Shown piece after piece: positions 59,726-64,000 of a stretch of 64,000 bases of DNA. The notes beneath the pieces are model-generated. The model was given only the letters and a program-made list of their open reading frames with translations, was not told the origin of the DNA and ran no database searches. The translations under genes and the position numbers were made by a program. Numbering within the stretch: the stretch's first letter is position 1; every line of letters starts with the position of its first letter. The stretch covers positions 46,895,712 through 46,959,711 of the forward strand of contig JASCQW010000105.1 of assembly GCA_030264375.1 (NCBI GenBank), given 5' to 3'. This DNA comes from Carcharhinus longimanus. Its lineage: Eukaryota.

Positions 59726-62424
59726 CTTGGGCATACCTCCTTTCTCTCTTTCGAGCCTGTTATGGGTTATCATCTCCTGTAGCGACATAAAGAGAGATGT
59801 TGTGAGTCAGACTCCTGGTGGGTTGGAGGTTGATGACAACTGACATATGTGAGCAGTAAGCAGGAAGTAGATGGGGGAGGACTGCCGGGGGTGGGTGGGG
59901 GTTGAAGATGATGCTAGGAGGTCAGGGACTGGAAACGTAAGGTGGTGGTGGCTTGTATTTTCAAGATGACATACCGGGAGTGACGGAGGAGTCTAATGCC
60001 AAGGGGGATCTTACCGTTGTGGATTGTAGGAGGGCATTCATCATTTTCCTACATTAAATCCTGTCCTCCTGCTGCTGACACTGACCACTACTGCCATCGC
60101 CTCCTAGATGTGATTCATCACCTCTCTGGGCAACTCCATCAAACCCGAGAATGCCTGCCTCTTCTCCATTGCATCCAGTCGTCTAGTGAGGGCACTCTGC
60201 ATAATCTGCTCTTTTAGCTGCCATACTCTTGGCTTGAATGAGAGTGAGTGATGTGCAGCTGTTTAAATTCAGCACCTCTTTGATGGAAGGGCTCAGATGA
60301 CCTCCGTGGCAGGCAAATCAGACACTTTGCACCTCAGGTGCGGCATTTTTCACGTGGGGAAAAGTATTTTTTCAAAGTGCCTAAAGATTGAGTTCTGAAT
60401 TGTGCTGTTGGCAGGAATCACACCAACTTTCACACCAGAAATTACACTTTGCCATTTGTTTGGAAAAGTCAAACCGATACTTCATAAAAATTCAGTCAGT
60501 GTAAGAATGATCTATTTGAAGTCACTATGCAGTACAGCTTGTTTAATAATTGTCTATGTTTTTGAAACACATTTGAAGTTATGAAACCACATTAATGTCA
60601 GTAAATCAAGTTTAATAGGGTCAACGTATCTGTTTCCAAGAATAAGCAACAGGGTAGCTTGCTTTGAACAATGCGTGACCAATTAAGAAGGCAAGAAATC
60701 TGAAAATATACAGGAGAAAATCAGGAATGGAATAATTAGCACAATGTACCCAAGATAGTGACACAGTTAAGGATTCTGCAGCGATAGAAAGCCATAACAA
60801 AAGAACAGTTAAATCAAAATATTCTTGAGTATCCCCCAGGTCTTCCAGGTATTTTGTTTTCTGTTTTCATTTATCACTTTATTTTTCATAGTTATCACCT
60901 AAACACATCTTTCTCCCACGGGTAGAATAGAAGACTGAGTCATATGAAAGACAGTGCACACCCCCAGAAAATGCAAAACCTGACATCCCTAAGGTTTCCA
61001 TTACCAAATAATAATTCCAGTAATTAAGCCACACAATCTTTTGAAAAATACAAAGAAAAGAAAACCTAAAAGGTGCATTATATCTTGAGAGAGCTATCAG
61101 AAAATGACTGCCATGTTAAAAAAAATTATGTGCCTTTAAAGATAAAATGAGACAATCAAGAATTGTCAGGGATACAAGCAATCAAGACAGGTTTATCTGA
61201 ATGGATCTGCTTCAAACTGGAAATGTTGCTCTATGAAGCTTGTTGAAAATAATAAATGTTTTCTTATCCAGAAAGTTTACATTGGTGGTTTAATGAGTTA
61301 TTTCACTCATAAAAACCTGCAAATGTAGAAACGAGACCACTCAGCTTCTCTGGTTCACAGTCATTCAAGACAACACACACCATTTTTATTTCATTTGGCT
61401 TATGTTGTGAATGAGGAAGCAGTAATTTTGGCTCTTATGATGGTGTAAAATAGGTGATGTTGAACTGGCAGCTCTTTGTACACCTCTCTTGATTTTTTTT
61501 ATTTTCATTACTTCAATAGTGGTTTGCTGTTACCCATTTTAAAGGATAATTGCCCTTTGTGTATGGTTGTGACTTGGAGTATTCACTTACTGTGGAAAAT
61601 AATTTGCACTGTGGAATGTGCAAAATGGAGAAGATGTAAAATACAAAGAAAAAACACTATTGGACTGATCGTGATCAGAACTAATAAAACCATCTCAAAG
61701 TAATTGAGACAAAAGAATGGGTCAAATAAGAAATAAATAGCACATAATAAAGATGTGGGTAAATTAGCACTCAAGTGAGTAATATTTGTCAAAAATCAAT
61801 ATTCTAGTGCATTTCAACCAGCTGTCATGGAAATGATAGATTGAATAGCAATTCCAATGAATCTTCTATTTTATATCTTTATCTGTGTGACTCAGAATAA
61901 ATTGATTTCCTGCAACAACAACAAAAGTTCATACGTGTTCATTATGGAGATTGGAAATGTTTTGGACGTTCTAAAATTGCTGATAACTTTGATGCTATCT
62001 CTTTTCTCTTACGTGGGAACTTCTCTTTAGTGGTTGTTTTCTTTTAGTAGCCTAAGACACAAAACCTTACAAATAATTGACAAGTGCAGTGCACTAAAAA
62101 CACAATATACTGCACAGCATCGCTGCTGATGATAATGACAGATGAAAGCTTGGTATAATTGTATGATTTGTCTCTGCTTGTCATTTAAAAGGAGGAAGTA
62201 AAATAAACAGATTGATGCCTTATGGAGGAATATGGAACCAATATGTTAAGTGTTTACCATATTCACTGAGTAAGTTCTGGTTTTTAATCACTTGCAATCA
62301 TTCAAACCTATGAATATATTTTTGATTTTATGCAATTTTGTAAAGTGGGCAACTGTTTGTACATCTCTTCCACTGGTGTCTTTCAAAAACTAGTCTATAG
62401 GTGGGTTATAGTTTACACAAGGAG

Positions 62425-62650
62425 CCTGAGTTGCTGTGGCAACATGTTTTATTTTACATTCTTGTTGTATGTGGTCTGGAGCTACAGGTAGTAATGGCAG
62501 AGGCTCCAACATTTTTTTCCTCACATGGTTGACCAAGGATCTCTTACTCATACCACCCGCATGTGTTGACCATCATGTCCTCAACTGGGATTCAAATGTG
62601 GAACTCCTAGCTCAGAGACAGGAACTCTACCCTGCCACCACAAGGCCACC
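62425..62650 (-). mobile_element. tRNA-derived SINE related to the one at 6743, with a different tail
   Basis: Minus strand GGTGGCCTTGTGGTGGCAGGG...TTTGAATCCCAG...GCGGGTGGTATGAG...CCTTGGTCAACCATG. Confidence 0.6.
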
Positions 62651-62899
62651 TCACAATCTTCAAGTACAGAAAAGCAATTAATGAGGTTTTTATCTGAAAG
62701 AAGTTGGGATGCACAGACAAAAAATATATACTTAATTTCTCTAGAACTTCAGTCAAACTGTAACTGGATGCCGTGTTCAGATTTGGACACTATCTCTCAG
62801 GAATAATATAGATATATATTCCCTTTGACAATATGCAGCACAACTGCCTTTGACATCAAGGCATCAATGTTGGCATCAGGAAGCCTCAGCAAAAATGAA

Positions 62900-63770
62900 A
62901 TCAATGAATATCAGGGAAAACTTTCTACTGGTTGAAGTTACATCTGGAACAAACAAAGGTGATTTTGGTTGTTGGAAATCAATCATCTTAGCCTCAGAAT
63001 TGCTGCAGGAGTTATTTTGGGTAGCTTCAGGGTAGTGCTCCAGGCCCAACTATCTTCAACTGCTTCATTAATGACCTTCCCACCATTCTAAGGTTAAAGG
63101 AAGGGATGTTCACACGATTGTACAATGTTCAGTCCCACTCTCAACTCAGATCCTGAAACAGTCTGTCTATATTCAGCATGACCTGGACAATGACAAGTAA
63201 CACTGATGCTACACAGGCATTGATTGTCTCCAAGAAGAGAGAATTTAACCATTTCTTTTCAACATTCACCACATATCCATCACTGAAGCTGCTTCCAGAA
63301 ACATCCTGGGGTTGTCATTGACTAGAAACCTAAGTTGACCTGCCATTTAAATAGTCTGGTTACCAGGTTAGAGGTTGGGAGATCTGCAGTGAGTAACTTA
63401 CCACCTGAATCTACAAAAACCTGTGTATTTATCCACTTTCTTGGATAAATGCAGCACTAACAACATTCAAGAAACTCAACAAAATTCAGGACAAATCAGC
63501 CTGATTTGTACTCCACCCACCACATAAACATTCACTACAGTGAAAACAATATACAATATGTACTGCAACAACTTACCAAGACTCCTCAATATCACCCAAG
63601 GTCCAAGCTCTATCATGTAAAAAGGGCAGCAGGTGCTGGTGTGTCACTTGGAGCAGATTCCCGAAAATCAGTGGGAATACCACCATCTATAATTTCCCCT
63701 CCATGCCACATACCATCTCTGTTCCTTCATTATTACAGGATCAAAATCCTGGACCTCATGTCCTCATAAT
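62900..63770 (+). mobile_element. LINE family B RT/C-terminal relic
   Basis: QGSAPGPTIFNCFINDLPTIL...GMFT.DCTMFS (QGSVLGP...FADD-type), ILGLSL and IQDKSA. Confidence 0.85.
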
Positions 63771-64000
63771 GCTGCAGATGTCCATGAACCTGGATGTGAC
63801 CCCACACTTTTGGTGAGTTCTAGTTAGCTACCAATAACACTTTGGTTGAAGTAGGCCATGTTTGACAGTCAAGACATTTGCTAAGAAAATAAAACCACAA
63901 GGTTCCACAGGCTTTCAACAAACAAAAATAAATTTTACAAGGTCAGAAAGGTAAAAGAGTTTACTATGACTATATTATACTCTAACAATCAGGGTTAATA

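Larger units (their letters stand above)
57055..60475 (-). mobile_element. Harbinger-derived element carrying only the intron-containing Myb/SANT partner gene
   Basis: Degenerate ~110-bp TIRs. Exon 1 is 60224-60015 (LDAMEKR...HI*EAMA...CRKMMNALL, donor GTAAGA). Exon 2 starts at 59776 (acceptor TACAG; EMITHNRLERE.GGMPK). A long S/T-rich ORF spans 58873-57848. Confidence 0.75.

Overview
This is non-coding eukaryotic DNA from a cartilaginous fish, most likely a shark. The assignment is inferred from about 11 HE1/V-SINE copies plus CR1/HER1-type LINEs. The window holds six assembly gaps. I could not support any intact host protein-coding gene, rRNA, bona fide tRNA or CRISPR array. Almost every ORF in the track is a transposon relic, an antisense shadow or a microsatellite translation. 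The window is a layered set of decayed elements: CR1, a second CR1/L2-group LINE, Rex1/Babar, RTE/BovB-like and Penelope retroelements, four Gypsy (Mag/K02A2.6-like) relics, Harbinger/PIF transposase and intron-containing Myb/SANT partner genes, many Harbinger-type MITEs, and at least five SINE types. AT-rich unique islands lie between them and may be conserved non-coding elements. I did not find a convincing new biological system. The best leads are: hammerhead-ribozyme cores in Penelope termini; a 120-bp templated insertion inside a CR1; SINEs with swapped 3' tails; an LTR-less Gypsy pol fragment inside a MITE; a Harbinger Myb/SANT gene with a higher-order 14/28-aa repeat; and a few exon-like segments that hint at a + strand transcript. 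All family assignments come from recognising motifs by eye, not from database searches, and boundaries of old elements are approximate.
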